A DNA stretch of 64,000 nt from Squalus acanthias. Its lineage: Eukaryota. A model generated the notes under the pieces. The model worked only from the letters and a program-made list of their open reading frames with translations. It was not told the origin of the DNA and made no database searches. This document shows, in pieces, positions 1-11,482 of the stretch. The first letter of the stretch is position 1; the number at the start of each line of letters is the position of its first letter. The stretch is taken from the NCBI GenBank assembly GCA_030390025.1, contig CM059432.1, positions 14,138,001 to 14,202,000 of the forward strand, given 5' to 3'. The translations under genes and the position numbers were made by a program.

Positions 1-36
1 TCTTATAATAAATCTATTATTTTCTGGAACGTGGAA

Positions 37-225
37 ATTACATAGAATTACTTAAAACTTACAGTACAGAAATGGGCCAACTGGCCTATGCCTGTGTTTA
101 TGCTCCACATGAGCCTCTGCCCACCATACTTCATCTCACCCTATCAACATATCCTCCTAGTCCTCTCTCCCTTCATCTAGCTTCCCCTTAAACGCATTTC
201 AACTCAACCACTCCATGTGGTTGCG
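37..225 (-). mobile_element. CR1-type LINE 3' end fragment
   Basis: (catagaatta) tail and similarity to the CR1 3' ends at 30613 and 44606. Confidence 0.65.
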
Positions 226-406
226 GAAGTTTGTTGTGAGTAATTTAAACTATACGTTTGCTTTGAAATTTAATTGAATCACACCTGAATGAAATAGCTG
301 AATTGCTGTGCATAGAAAGATGATTGACAATCCCCTAGTACAACCTACAATGCCACACATTACCAACTATCCCACGGCAACAAGGGTGCACATCAACAAG
401 CTAGAT

Positions 407-487
407 GAGTTCTGAAGCGTTAACTCTGTTTCTCTCTCCACAGATGTTGCCTGACCTGCTGAGTATTTCCAGCATTTTCTGTTTTTA
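407..487 (+). mobile_element. Penelope-like pLTR fragment
   Basis: gttaactctgtttctctctccacagatg...ccagcattttctgttttt is shared with the elements at 1382, 7190 and 63853. Confidence 0.75.
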
Positions 488-1041
488 TAGAGAAGATTTC
501 TTCACCATTTCAAACAGTCGTGATTGAAATAGTGTTTTTTTTTGAAGGGCCAAGGCCAATATTGCAGGCCATCTCTATGTGCAATACTCTCCTCTTTTTA
601 TTCTGGAAGTGACATTTATTTTTGTCTGCAATTTCTGCTCAGGGTGATCAGATTCGGTTAGTCCATAAGATTTGATTTTCCTTGAAACCATCCAACTTTT
701 ATTTTGGGAGTTGAAAGAGTCGTTTTCTTCACAATTGCAGTATCTCGTGATTTATGTCATCCTGTGTTTACAAATAAATGACCAGCGGATTGCCGATATT
801 TCTTACAAAGACGGTGCCCATTTGATAACCTTGTGTCTCAGGAAGTCCATTTCCTCCTCTATAAAGCTCCCTTTCCTTGAGATTTCTTTGCCCTGTTTCT
901 GGTCATCATTGTGTTGTATTGTAATGAGGGAAACTAAAAATCCTTACACGCACAGGAAGCTCTTGTGTCATATTGCAAGGCCCCCATCTGACTCAAAGTA
1001 TTAACCTCCACAGCCTCTCTAGAAACAGATACAGACTGTGG

Positions 1042-1282
1042 TTGTGGGTTCAAGTCCCACTCCAGAGACTTGAGCACAAAATCTAGGTTGCCACTTCAGT
1101 GCAGTGCTGAGGGAGTGCTGCACTGTCGGAGGTGCTGCCTTTCGGCTGAGATGTTAATCCGAGGCCCTGTCTGCCCTCTTAGATGGACGTAAAGGATCCC
1201 ATGGCACTATTTCGAAGAAGAGCAGGGGAGCTCTCCTCAGTGTCCTGGCCAATATTTATCCCTCAATCAACAGTGCTAAAAA
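1042..1282 (+). mobile_element. Deu-domain tRNA-derived SINE (SacSINE1-like), truncated at both ends
   Basis: B-box-like ggttcaagtcc and Deu core cagtgcagtgctgagggagtgctgcactg; 11-bp direct repeat acagactgtgg at 1031-1041 and 1283-1293. Confidence 0.8.
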
Positions 1283-1381
1283 ACAGACTGTGGAACCTAT
1301 GGAGACTGTAACAAAGACCTCATGGCAGTGAAGCTCTTTTTCCTTCTGTTTCTTTGAGGTCTCCTTCCATGACTCTGTCCT

Positions 1382-2559
1382 TACAAAAGCAAAATACTGC
1401 GGATGCTGGAAATCTGAAATAAAAACAGAAAATGCTGGAAATACTCAGCAGGTCAGGCAGCATCTGTGGAGAGAGAAACAGAGTTAGCGTTTCAGGTTGA
1501 TGACCCTTCGTCAGAACTGGAAAAAGCTGGAGATGGAACAAGTTTTTAAGGAAGTGCAGGAGCAGGGAAAGGGGGGGGGGAGGGGAGGAAAGAACAAAAG
1601 GGAAGGTCTGTGATAGGATGGAAGGCAGGAGAGGTTAAGAGACAAAAGGGATGATGGTGCAGGGCAAAAGGAGATGGTAATGGGACAAGTTAAGAAACAA
1701 AAGATGGCTCGAGATGAAGCTCGAGACTGGCAGAATGATCGACAGCTGCCATGTGAGAGAGAGAAAAAAAAATAAATGAAAAAAAAGATAGGGGCAGAAG
1801 TTATAGTCTGAAATTGTTGAACTCGATGTTGAGTCCAGAAGGCTGTAAAGTGCCTAATCGAACGATGAGGTGCTGTTCCTCGAGCTTACATTGAGCTTCA
1901 TTGGAACAGTGTAAGAGACCGAGGACGGTGAGGTCAGAGTGGGAGTGGAGTGGAGAATTAAAGTGACAGGCGACCGGAAGCTCGGGGCTCACCCTTACGG
2001 ACTGAACGGAGGTGTTCCGCAAAGCGGTCACCCAATCTGCGTTTGGTCTCCCCAGTGTAGAGGAGACCGCATCGTGAGCAGCGAATACAGTATACTAAAT
2101 TGCAAGAAGTACAAGTAAATCGCTGTTTCACCTGGAAGGAGTGTTTGGGGCCCTGGACAGTGGGAAGGGAGGAGGTAAAAGGGCAGGTGTTGCATCTCCT
2201 GCGCTTGCACGGGAAGGTGCCGGGCGAAAGGGAAGGTGTGTTGGGGGTGATAGAGGAGTGGACTAGGGTGTCGCGGAGGGAGCGGTCCCTTTGGAATGCT
2301 GAAAGGGGAGGTGAGGGGAAGATGTATTTGGTGGTGGGATCACGCTGGAGGTGGCGGAAATGGCGGAGGATGATCCGTTGAATGTGGAGGCTGGTGGGGG
2401 TGAAAGGTGAGGACCAGGGGAACCCTATCGTGGTTCCGGGAGGGAGGGGAAGGGGTGAGAGCAGAAGTGCGGGAGATAGAACGGACACGGTCAAGAGCTG
2501 TGTCAACCACGGTAGAGGGGAATCCTCGGTTGAGGAAAAAGGAAGCACGAGCATGGAAG
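1382..2559 (-). mobile_element. Penelope-like retroelement, 5'-truncated (GIY-YIG endonuclease end plus pLTR)
   Basis: Frameshifted ORFs 1958-2554 and 1801-2031 read CxxC...NLVYCIRCSRCGLLYTGETKRRLGDRFAEH...LGTLQPSGLN; TSD gactctgtcct at 1371-1381 and 2560-2570. Confidence 0.9.
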
Positions 2560-4440
2560 GACTCTGTCCTAGTTGTGTTCACAGTTAACTTCTCCGAGAC
2601 CAAGCAGAAGCCAGGCTTGATCAATGCTGGTCATTCACAAAATGATTGCGTACTCCAGCTAACGGAGCCATGGGCACTTCCATGCCAACAGACCATACAT
2701 ATTCAGTAGCTTTTCGTTTGGCACTGCACACTATCCTGGCGATTACTACAAGCAGTAACATTTTACAATTATCATAAAAGTGCTCATTGACATGAGGTGC
2801 ATGGTTGGAATTGAGCTGACAGGACGGACAAGTACATCTCTGTTTAATTATGATTCGAGTCAGCCTCATTAGCAGGGAAAAAAAACTCGCTGGCCTTGAC
2901 TTGCAGTCAGGGCATCAAAGGCTGCAACAAAACAAGGACTTACACACAGCTGACTGAGAGCAACTAAATCAGCAACTCGGGTCCGAAAGGACCCCGCAGG
3001 GGAGAAGGAAAGCCCAGAACCTCCCTGACCTGAGCATAAGAGGGTGAAGCTCTCTGTTTTCATCTTGTCAGATGAGCCGTCGTTGCCTCTAGTAGGTTGA
3101 CAGCAGACAGGACGCCAGCACTAAGAGGCAGAAAACTGATTGAAGTTTCTCAGGGAAATGATGGTTGAATGAATGGAAATCAATTTGTTTCTGGCACCTC
3201 CTCAACTGTTGGTAAAATGTGCCCAGAATTCCTAAAAAGGCGGCTCCAGCATCCCCATTCCTGTGACAAAAGTAAAACCTGGATCCTGACTTCAACGTGA
3301 AGAATTATATTTTGGCTCCACCTTAGCGCCATGTGGAATTAAATCAAAGCACCAATTTGGATTCCATGCTTTTCAGGGCTGCTCTAAACAAGTCTTGGTT
3401 TCCCAAGGTCGAAATTTGTATATTTGGACTTTCGACCGGCCTTCCATATACGCACCAGCTCCAACTCATTCTTCTAGATCAAAGCTTACTATGTATGTGA
3501 TCCCAGCGGGATTCTTGGGGTCAAGAGGGAACCCGGCAATGCGAGGGTGGCGAATCCCGTTGGTGCTGCATCAGGGATACTGCTACAGCACCAGAACATC
3601 CGTGAGGGATCTTAAAGGGAAAGAAGCACCCCGAAGATCTCAATGAAGACCCATTCTGAAGGCCTCAGGGAGACTGACACTTTCACTGAGTAAATCACTG
3701 GGGTCAACTGGAGAGAGAGGAGGCCACTGCAATGCGTTTTCCCTACACTGGTGGAACCCTGGCCCTTTACTCCCTCTTCCCAGGGCCTACCACCACCTTC
3801 CACATATTGGCCCTAAGAAGCATTAATAAGTAGGGCGGACATGAGGGAAATCTACCCTGTACTTGGGCCCCACCTCACTGCCACCATTTTCACGTGGCGG
3901 ATGGGGAAGGAGCCGTTGGTGGTGGCCCTCACGGAGGCAGGGGGAGGGAAGTCCTGGTAGGGATGGTGAGGCAGGGGGTAGTCTTCAATGCCACATTATC
4001 ACAAACGCTCCGCAATAACTGGTGCGGAGAGTTGAGGCCCATGGCATTACCAGGTATTTGGTGAAAAGGAGAAAACGTGTCAAAAAAAAGTTCAAGATCA
4101 TCTCCCTACTATAGTACAGGGTAGACTGATGGGGACTCCTTTCGCGCCCCTACTACTTATTCCTTCAGACTTTGTAAACTGAGGCTGATTTTCCTCGAGT
4201 TACACTGTTACCCAGTAACTCCATCGAGTGCGGGTGGAAAATCAGGCGGGAAGCTGTTCTGCCAGCTCGCTACCACCTGACGCCACTTCCAGAATTTTCT
4301 TTTCAAAGTGATGTTGGCCGTCCATACAAATATGGGCAGGCATACTGTAATGACATGCAAATGGTGGGAATACATCATACGACATATTTCCTGTTGTTTG
4401 TGCCGTGAGAATGCTGGACACTGCATATTCTTGACATAAA

Positions 4441-6205
4441 GGCCAAGCTTTTCTTTACCTCGGCGGGTCTGGGGCGGGTGACGTTGGTGGCGGGTCCTGA
4501 CCCCGCTGCTGGCTCCATCCCGCTCTGGAAAAGGAATTTACCTTAATGGGGCTTGTTAAGCCCCCCACCCCCGCAGCGCGTTTCCCAGCCCAATTAGAAG
4601 GAACGGGTCTGGTGACGTCATTCATGACACGTCATCAGCCGGTTTCCTTAAAGGGACCCTGGCCACCTGTTTGTGCTGTCAGTGTTCTATAGCATTGAGG
4701 TGCTGCAAACACTGACAAGCACTGCACAGAGGAGCAGGGTGCAACCAGGTTCTCCCATGACTCCCTCCATATGCTTATGGAGGGAGTCACAGCATGCAGG
4801 GAGGTCCTCTTCCCTTCCAGTGGGTGGAAGAGACCTCCCCAGGAGACCAACGCAGTCTGGTTGCACATTGCATAGGAGGGCACAAGCAGGGATGTGGTCA
4901 GGAGGACCAGGCTGCAGTGGCGCAAACCTTTCAATTATCTCATTAGATCAAGAAATGTTAGTACAAAGCCACACTCAACCTCATCCTGCTGTGCCACTCA
5001 TCACATCCCCATCACTCTGCCTTCCCTACCCTACTCCTGCACATCCTTACTCACACCAACTTACCTTGCACCTCCACCCATCCCTCTCTATCTACATTAT
5101 CACATCCCCATCTCACTAGCCACCCCTCACACTCACCCTCATTCTAGTGCAATCATACCAACTAACAACACACAAGGGTAGCCACTTGGGTGTATTATCC
5201 AATGTTCATGTAAAGTTTCTGTTAATGTGCTGTCAAACATTGAAACCTCTATTTTCAACACTTTCCGTTCTTGGGCAGATTTGTGTGCACCTTTGGAAGT
5301 GGCTTAGTGAGTTGCAGTGAGACGTAATGTTACCCTCCCGTAATGATGGTGAGTGTGAAAGGAATGGCTTGGACATTGCTGGGATGCTTTATGGTGTTGA
5401 TGTGGGGTGGTGCCAACCTGGCGCATCATGTGGCAGCCAGGGTGTACAGCGTCAAGTGAAGTAAATCTGGCCATGGTGAGGCCATCCCTGGCCTCCTGGG
5501 CAGCAATGTGCTTGAGTGCTGATACCCTCTGTCTTGTGTAGCATCAGGTGATTGCGGAGAAGGTTGGTGTTGTTGTTGGTGCTGCTGGTGTGCCTGGTGC
5601 TGCTGTTGTTGGGGCTGATCATGGTCAGATTCTGAGGACCAAGGTAAGACTGTATAAAGGGCACCCATGTTGATGGAATAGATGGCAGGTGAAGTAGAGA
5701 TGACAGAAGCATTCTGTCAATGGTGAGAGAGTTCTTCCAATGAGGTGAGACTGGATGGAGACTGGAAAGTGGAAAGCCTGCAGAATCGGTGCTGGAGATG
5801 GACTGAGAAACAGCTTGCGGCTGACAAAAGTGATGATCTGTCAGGTGGGAGCTTTTACTGTACATTTGAAGCTGTCAAGTAATCAGCTGGAGCAATGGCC
5901 ACTGAACTCCTGCCTCAGGTTGACAGACGTGGTCCCCAAACAGTGTGGTTCCCGTGGCCATGCAGTTAAAGGCAAAAGGTAAGTTAAGAAAGCCTGTTAA
6001 TGATCTGTCAACTAGATGGTAATGAGTTTAATTGGGGGTCGCCCGCCGCTGCCTGTCGAGTCTGCTCAGCGCTGACAGACCCGACATTGGGAAAGGCGCG
6101 TTGCGGCGGGTTGACAGCGGGGTCCCGACCCGCTGTCGAAAAAAAACATTTTCCCACCCGACCCGCCACCGACCCCGCCCGCTGAGCCCCCGCAAAATCT
6201 CGGCC
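4441..6205. mobile_element. Non-autonomous PIF/Harbinger element with decayed Myb/SANT exon (+) and nuclease remnant (-)
   Basis: TIRs GGCCAAGCTTTT / AAAATCTCGGCC and 3-bp TSD AAA; ~4745-4955 reads PRFSHDSLHML..W..IA..RRTRLQWRKPFNYLIR then gt; colinear with 58949-63852. Confidence 0.85.
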
Positions 6206-6719
6206 AAAGTGTTGCTACGGCATGCGGAAGGGGAGCTTTAAATTTTAAATAGGCCGAAGAGAATTGAAGTGGTTGCAGGAAAATCAATTCAGCTCACTAA
6301 CCGCACAATGTCTACACTTTGTAAAAAAGACTCCTCTTTAACTGGCCTCGAGGCAGCTGGCCAAAATGAGCTTAGACAAAGCTGAGGCGCGGAGACCAAC
6401 TGGGGTCAGTCGACGTGGGCATTGAGTGGGTGGAAGCCCCAACATGCCAAAGTTGTGCCATCATTCTATCCGGGAGGAAAATTAGCTCCACTTGATTTCA
6501 GCTAATAATTTACCAATGTGCTTTAAGTATTGTAAGATCTTCTGTATCCTTGAATAACTTGCCTGGGGATATGGCAGCAGTTAGCAATTCTATCTTTAGT
6601 GATCTGTATTAGAGTGGAACTCAATGGCATGTTCATAATTTGGGTGAAGAGCAAAATAGATTTCATTTATATTAATGCAGCAGTGATTCAAATCACCAAG
6701 CTGATATTATTGCAATGTA

Positions 6720-7323
6720 ATGTTTTCTACTCGGCGCTTTACAACCGTCTGGCCTTAAGATTGAATTTAACAGCAGGTGCTGGCGATGGAGGACGGCTGC
6801 ACCAGAGCCCTTGGGAGTGGAGGAGCAGGCTCGTTTTTCGGGGGGGGATCCCCTATCGGTACACGACTGGTGGGGTGGTGTGCACCCCGGGGGCCTACCT
6901 GACACCACCTTCTTGGGCCATGGGAACCTTCTCTTTGTCAGATTTTCCATGCTTCGCTCCCCCTCTGTTGATCTGCGGCAGCCATCTACACCTCCCCTGG
7001 ACCCATCTTTTCTTTCTACACTTGCCCCATTACCACTCCATTTTGCCTTGCATCATCATCCCTTTTGTCATTTAATAAGTCCTGCCCTCCACCCTATCAC
7101 AGACCTTCCCTTTAGTCCCTCTTCTGCCCTCCCCTTCTGCCTGGTTCTGTACTTACTAAAAAAGCTGTTCATCTCTAACATCTTCCAGTTCTGACGAAGG
7201 GTCATCGACCTGAAATGTTAACTCTGTTTCTCTCGGCACAGATGCTGCCTGGCCTGCTGAGTGTTTCCAGCATTTTCGGTTTTTATTTCAGATTTCCAAC
7301 ATCCGCAGTATTTTGCTTTTGTT
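6720..7323 (+). mobile_element. Penelope-like element 3' portion with pLTR
   Basis: Starts with LGALQPSGLKIEFN (end of the GIY-YIG ORF) and ends in a pLTR; TSD ttattg(c/g)aatgta at 6707-6719 and 7324-7336. Confidence 0.8.
7187..7223 (+). ncRNA. Minimal type I hammerhead ribozyme motif
   Basis: AGTT-CTGACGA-ag ggtc atc gacc t-GAAA-t-GTT-AACT: stem I AGTT/AACT, conserved core, stem II, near-palindromic stem III. Confidence 0.75.
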
Positions 7324-7895
7324 TTATTGGAATGTAGCTCGCTTTGTCACTGAACATTTATGAAAACATGATTTGGAGCAGATATACTTTGGGGGAAAAT
7401 TCAGTTGGTTGGCTCTTCCCGTTAGTACCTGGCGGGGGCGCTAACAGGGCGCTGATGCTATAGTGCCGGGGTGAGGCGAGCCAGCGGTGCACTGCAAATC
7501 CGGCCGCCCCCCGTTGCGCCGCTGTTACCAGTTACCGCCGGGGACCTCACCGTCAGGCAAATCATGACGTCAGTGAGTGTGCAATGCTCACTGGGCGCCT
7601 GATCGGCCAAATTCATTGTCACCTCCTGCCTTAGCGTCTCGCCCCAACAGTGACAGGGAGAGGAGGCATCAAGCAGGGGGGATGCTGGCTCCAGGGGCGG
7701 TATTTCAAGGCATCCTCAGTACTGAGTCACAGCTGTCAGGTTAGTGCTGTTTCACTGCTTCCTTGTCAGTTTGACATCGTGCAACAGTTTAATTCAGTCA
7801 TTTAAAGGTTGTTTAGTATCAGGAGTGTTGTGGCTACTAACAATTAGTTACATTTATTCTCACAACATATCAAAGTGCTACACTTGGTTACATTA

Positions 7896-8503
7896 ATGGG
7901 GGCTGTACTGGCAGCCGACCTCGCCCTCCAGGATCTACTGCGGAGGGAGTGGAGGCAGCGAGAAATATTGGAATATGTGGCCAGAGGGAGGAGGAGGGCC
8001 ATCAGGGCTCTCAACAGGAGGCCTTACCCTCCGAGAGAACTTCTCCTACCTCCAATTAAGCAAGGAGCAGTGTATTAGAAGGCTCCGCTTCAGCAAGAAG
8101 GTGGTCACAGAACTCTGCCACCTCCTGCAACCAGACCTCGAGCCTCAGTTCAGGGTGACCACGGCTCTCTCAGTGGCAGTCACGGTCACCATCGCCCTCA
8201 ATTTCTTCACCAGCGGATCCTTCCAGTCTGCAACAGGAGATATAGCGAACAACTTGCAGTTCACTGTCCATCGCTGCATCGTCTGCTGCATGCTCCACAA
8301 CTTGACCATCATCAGGGCCCAGCCCTTGCCACCAGGGACCATTTCAGGAGGAGGAAGAGGGAGAGGAGGAGGAGGAGGAGGAGGTAGAGGAAGATGAAGA
8401 GGAGGAGGAGGAGGAGGAACAAGAGCGAGGGAGGAGGCAGCCACTCAATCGGACTTCCAGAAGGGCGGCCCGTGACCGGCTCATCAGACTGCGGTTCGAA
8501 TAA
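7896..8503 (+). pseudogene. Harbinger (HARBI1-like) transposase with internal deletion
   Basis: RRPYPPR / SYLQLSKEQCIRRLRFSK..VTELC..ALSVAV.VT.ALNFFTSGSFQ...HRCI is joined directly to VCCMLHN and an acidic tail; frameshifted. Confidence 0.85.
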
Positions 8504-8668
8504 ATTAAACCCCAGATCCCCATTGCTCACCACATCCCCATCATTCCATCCCTGTCGCAGGCCATTTCACAGCGCTAAGCTGAAATCAGAGAGACCACAA
8601 AATAATCCAAACTGAATCAATAAATTTATCAATAATGAGTGATCATCTATTTACACCAAAAATATTAA

Positions 8669-10558
8669 CTATTCACCCTTGTGCAATTCCTTAGTGCCTG
8701 TTGTTACTGTGCCTTTGCCTACTCTAGTGCTCCTACAAAGTGTTGGCCCAATGGCTGCAGCAGGGCTGGTGGAAGGCTGCTGAGTGTCCATGCAGGAAAT
8801 TTCAGATGGACTTGCAGGATGCCCTTGACCAGCTCAGGGCCTGGAAGGCCAGGCTGTAGACTGCACCACCTCAGCATGGGCGGCAGCAGTCTGGGCTGGC
8901 TGGAGGACAGGCAGCGACAAGAACAATGGCGTAGTGGCAGTGGTGGGAGCAGGAATGCTTTCATCCTGAGAGAGGACAGCAGCTTCCTGCTCCACTGCCC
9001 CACTGCCACTCACCCAGGGCAGCAACTCAGCATCCCTACCAATCTGTTGAAGCACAGATTGCTGGCCTGCTACAACACTGTGAAAGCTCTGGTCAACGGT
9101 GGTCGACCCAGTCACAATGGCAGCGCTGAGATCTTGCGTGGCATCAAGCTGAGACTGCATGAGAGCAGTCTGAGATTGGATGCCACCAAGCATAGACTGC
9201 ATTACAACAGTAAGATGTTGCGTTGCTTCCACCTGTGCTGCAATGGAAGCTACCAGATTGCCCATCACATGCGGCATCAGGTCTGGGTCACCACGGTCTC
9301 TCTGGGAGTCTACCACCCTTTGCAGACTGCAAATGATGGGCTCCATGGTGTGCGCAGAGCTCTGTGCAATGTTGGAGGCGGACTCCTCCACGCTCCTTAC
9401 CATTGTCGAGAGGCTCTCAGGCACCCTTGCCATTGCACCTATCATCTCCGTGTGCATGCCCATCACCCTTCTTCTAAACACCTCCCAATCGAGGTCCTCA
9501 TCTGAGTCCTGTGCAGCAGAACTCGTGTGCGAACTCGCCCTCCGGGAAGCTGGCCCCCGAGCTACCCTTTCCCCCTGGCCTTGCTGCAGCCGCTCATCCC
9601 CGATGCCTCACCCTGTGCAGATCCCACTACTATACTAGCCTCTAAAGAACACATAGTGCCAGTATCTGAGCTGGTGCCTGCGGGTGAGACATGCAGTGAC
9701 GCGGTGTCTTCTTCCTCCTCCTCTTCTCCCGCCTCGCTCTCTATGATGTCCTCAGGGACAGGCTGCTCAGGTGCTTGCTCATTAAGTGAAAGCATAAAGG
9801 CACAAGAGTTGGGTTAAGGTGAGGGGAGGGTGGCAGGAAGGGAGAAATACATGGAGACAGCATGATTAGCTGGAAAGCGCAAAATGCTTGTGGGGTGAGG
9901 GGGAAATGGGATGTGAGAAGAAGGAGTAGGGATGAACATACTGCTGTTGTCCCCAAAGGGGTCAACTTCGCCGGTGGCCACAGCGCCCGCCACCTGGCGC
10001 CCAATAATCTGAAGCACTCGAGTCTCCAGCTCAGACAGTGGTTGGGTGTTGGCTTGTCCACTGCCTTTGTGCTCCTGCTCCCTCCTGTTGTGCGCCACCT
10101 TGGCCTGCAAGAGAAAGGAAAGTGTGTGAGTGAGTGTGGAGCAATGTGTTTGGGTGATGTGCCTGCCATAGTTGAATAGCTGTCATTGTGTGCAAGGTGT
10201 GAGATGTGGGTGTGAGTAGGTAGATAGAGATTGTTGGTGCGTGAGTGCTGGGGGTGGAATGCTTTGGGCAGTGTGTGAAGATTGTGGTACAGATGGTGGT
10301 ATGTAGCATTTGTTGAGGCATTAACTCACCCTGACCACCCGAGTAAAGTCGTTAAATTTCTTCCTGCACTGTGTGTGGGTCCTGGGGACCACAGTGCTGC
10401 CCTACTTCCCTCCACATGGTGCGGAAGACTTGTGGCGAGGGTCTCCTGCCACTTGCTGGGTACAGCACCGCCCTCTGTCTCTCCACAGCGAAGACCAACG
10501 CCTCCAATGCCTCATTACTGAATCTGCGGGCTCTCACCCTGGGGCGTGGATGTGCCAT
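8669..10558 (-). pseudogene. Harbinger Myb/SANT-like (NAIF1/MSANTD-type) DNA-binding protein gene, 3 exons, frameshifted
   Basis: Exon 1 10558-10330 (RARRFSNEALEALV...W...RTHTQCRKKFNDF|gtgagt); exon 2 10104-9942 (cag|AKVAHNRREQ...LSELETRVLQIIG|gtatgt); exon 3 ~9777-8669 (acidic region, then RVMGMHTEMIGA...). Confidence 0.82.
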
Positions 10559-11104
10559 CAGTGCAGCTTCTTGAGTCATCCGGCTCCTTCTACTTGGCCT
10601 GCTTGTGCTTGCTGAGGCAGCTGCACAGCCAGCAATGCTGAGAATAAGATTCTGCAGCATCAGTGAACCTCCCCTTTAAGAATTGGAAAGAGCCTGTGGC
10701 AATTATGACTTGTGATTAGACTGCACCTGATATTGGTCAGTGCTTTGAGTGTAACGCCACTGAGCTAGGCCATTAGCGCTTGATTTAGCATTCCAATCCT
10801 TTCTTTGTGTAATGAGACTGAATTTTGCGTGCAGTCTGAATCATTAGCACCTGGCGCTAATTCTCAAACTTTTCTAAAGTTAGCACCCATTCCTGGGCTA
10901 TAATGAATTTCTCCCACTTTGTATTGAAAAATAGATTTGGCTGGGCTATTAGCTACATACTTCCACTATTTACTAATAATTTAGTTCTGAGCCACAGTAT
11001 ATATTTCTTGTGTTCTCAGTTTAAAAGGATTGTGTCTTTCACTGGGGTAATCCACAGCTGTGCTTAGAGCCTGCTTCACAATTAAAAAAAAATATTTCTC
11101 TGTT

Positions 11105-11482
11105 ATAACAGTCGTTTGTCAGCCCAAGCAGGATGTTGTCCTAGTCCTGCTGTAGGCTGGGACGGGCAGCTTATTGGAAGAGTTGTGAATGGAGCTGAAC
11201 ACTGTACAACAGCCAGTGAACAGCCCCACTCCTGACCTTGTGAAGGAGAGAAGGTCATTAATGAAGCAGCTGAAGATGGTTGGGCTAAGGGCACCTCCCC
11301 GAGGAACTCTTGCAGTGATGACCTGAGGCTGTGATGGGTTGGCTTCTGACAACCAGGACCGTCTTCCTTTGTCTCAGGCATGACCTCCAGCAATTGGAGG
11401 GTTTTCCCTCTGACTCCCATTGACCTCAGTTTTGCCAGAGTTTCTTGGTGCTCTACTTGGTCGAATGCTGCCTTGATGTCAT
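11105..11482 (-). mobile_element. Old LINE reverse transcriptase fragment
   Basis: DIKAAFDQV...VPRGGALSPTIFSCFINDL motifs across frameshifts. Confidence 0.7.

Larger units (their letters stand above)
7392..10915. mobile_element. PIF/Harbinger DNA transposon with convergent nuclease and Myb/SANT genes (defective)
   Basis: TIRs GGGGAAAATTCA / TGAATTTCTCCC; both Harbinger genes recognisable inside; flanked by ACTTTG on both sides. Confidence 0.88.

Noticed and set aside
560..900. Minus-strand KGSFIEEEMDFLRHKV, faintly like a Gypsy RT motif
   Set aside because: A single weak motif with stops nearby and no other RT motifs.
3405..4290. GC-rich patches with Harbinger-like end motifs (gaaatctaccc; ctgattttcc...ggaaaatcag)
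   Set aside because: Probably old MITE debris, but matching TIR pairs and TSDs could not be fixed.
5426..5668. PolyQ/H-rich ORF as a host gene
   Set aside because: Lies inside a TIR-bounded Harbinger derivative and is repeated at 59807-60025.
8681..9505. 274-aa plus-strand ORF
   Set aside because: Antisense shadow of the Harbinger Myb gene's last exon; no recognisable motifs.
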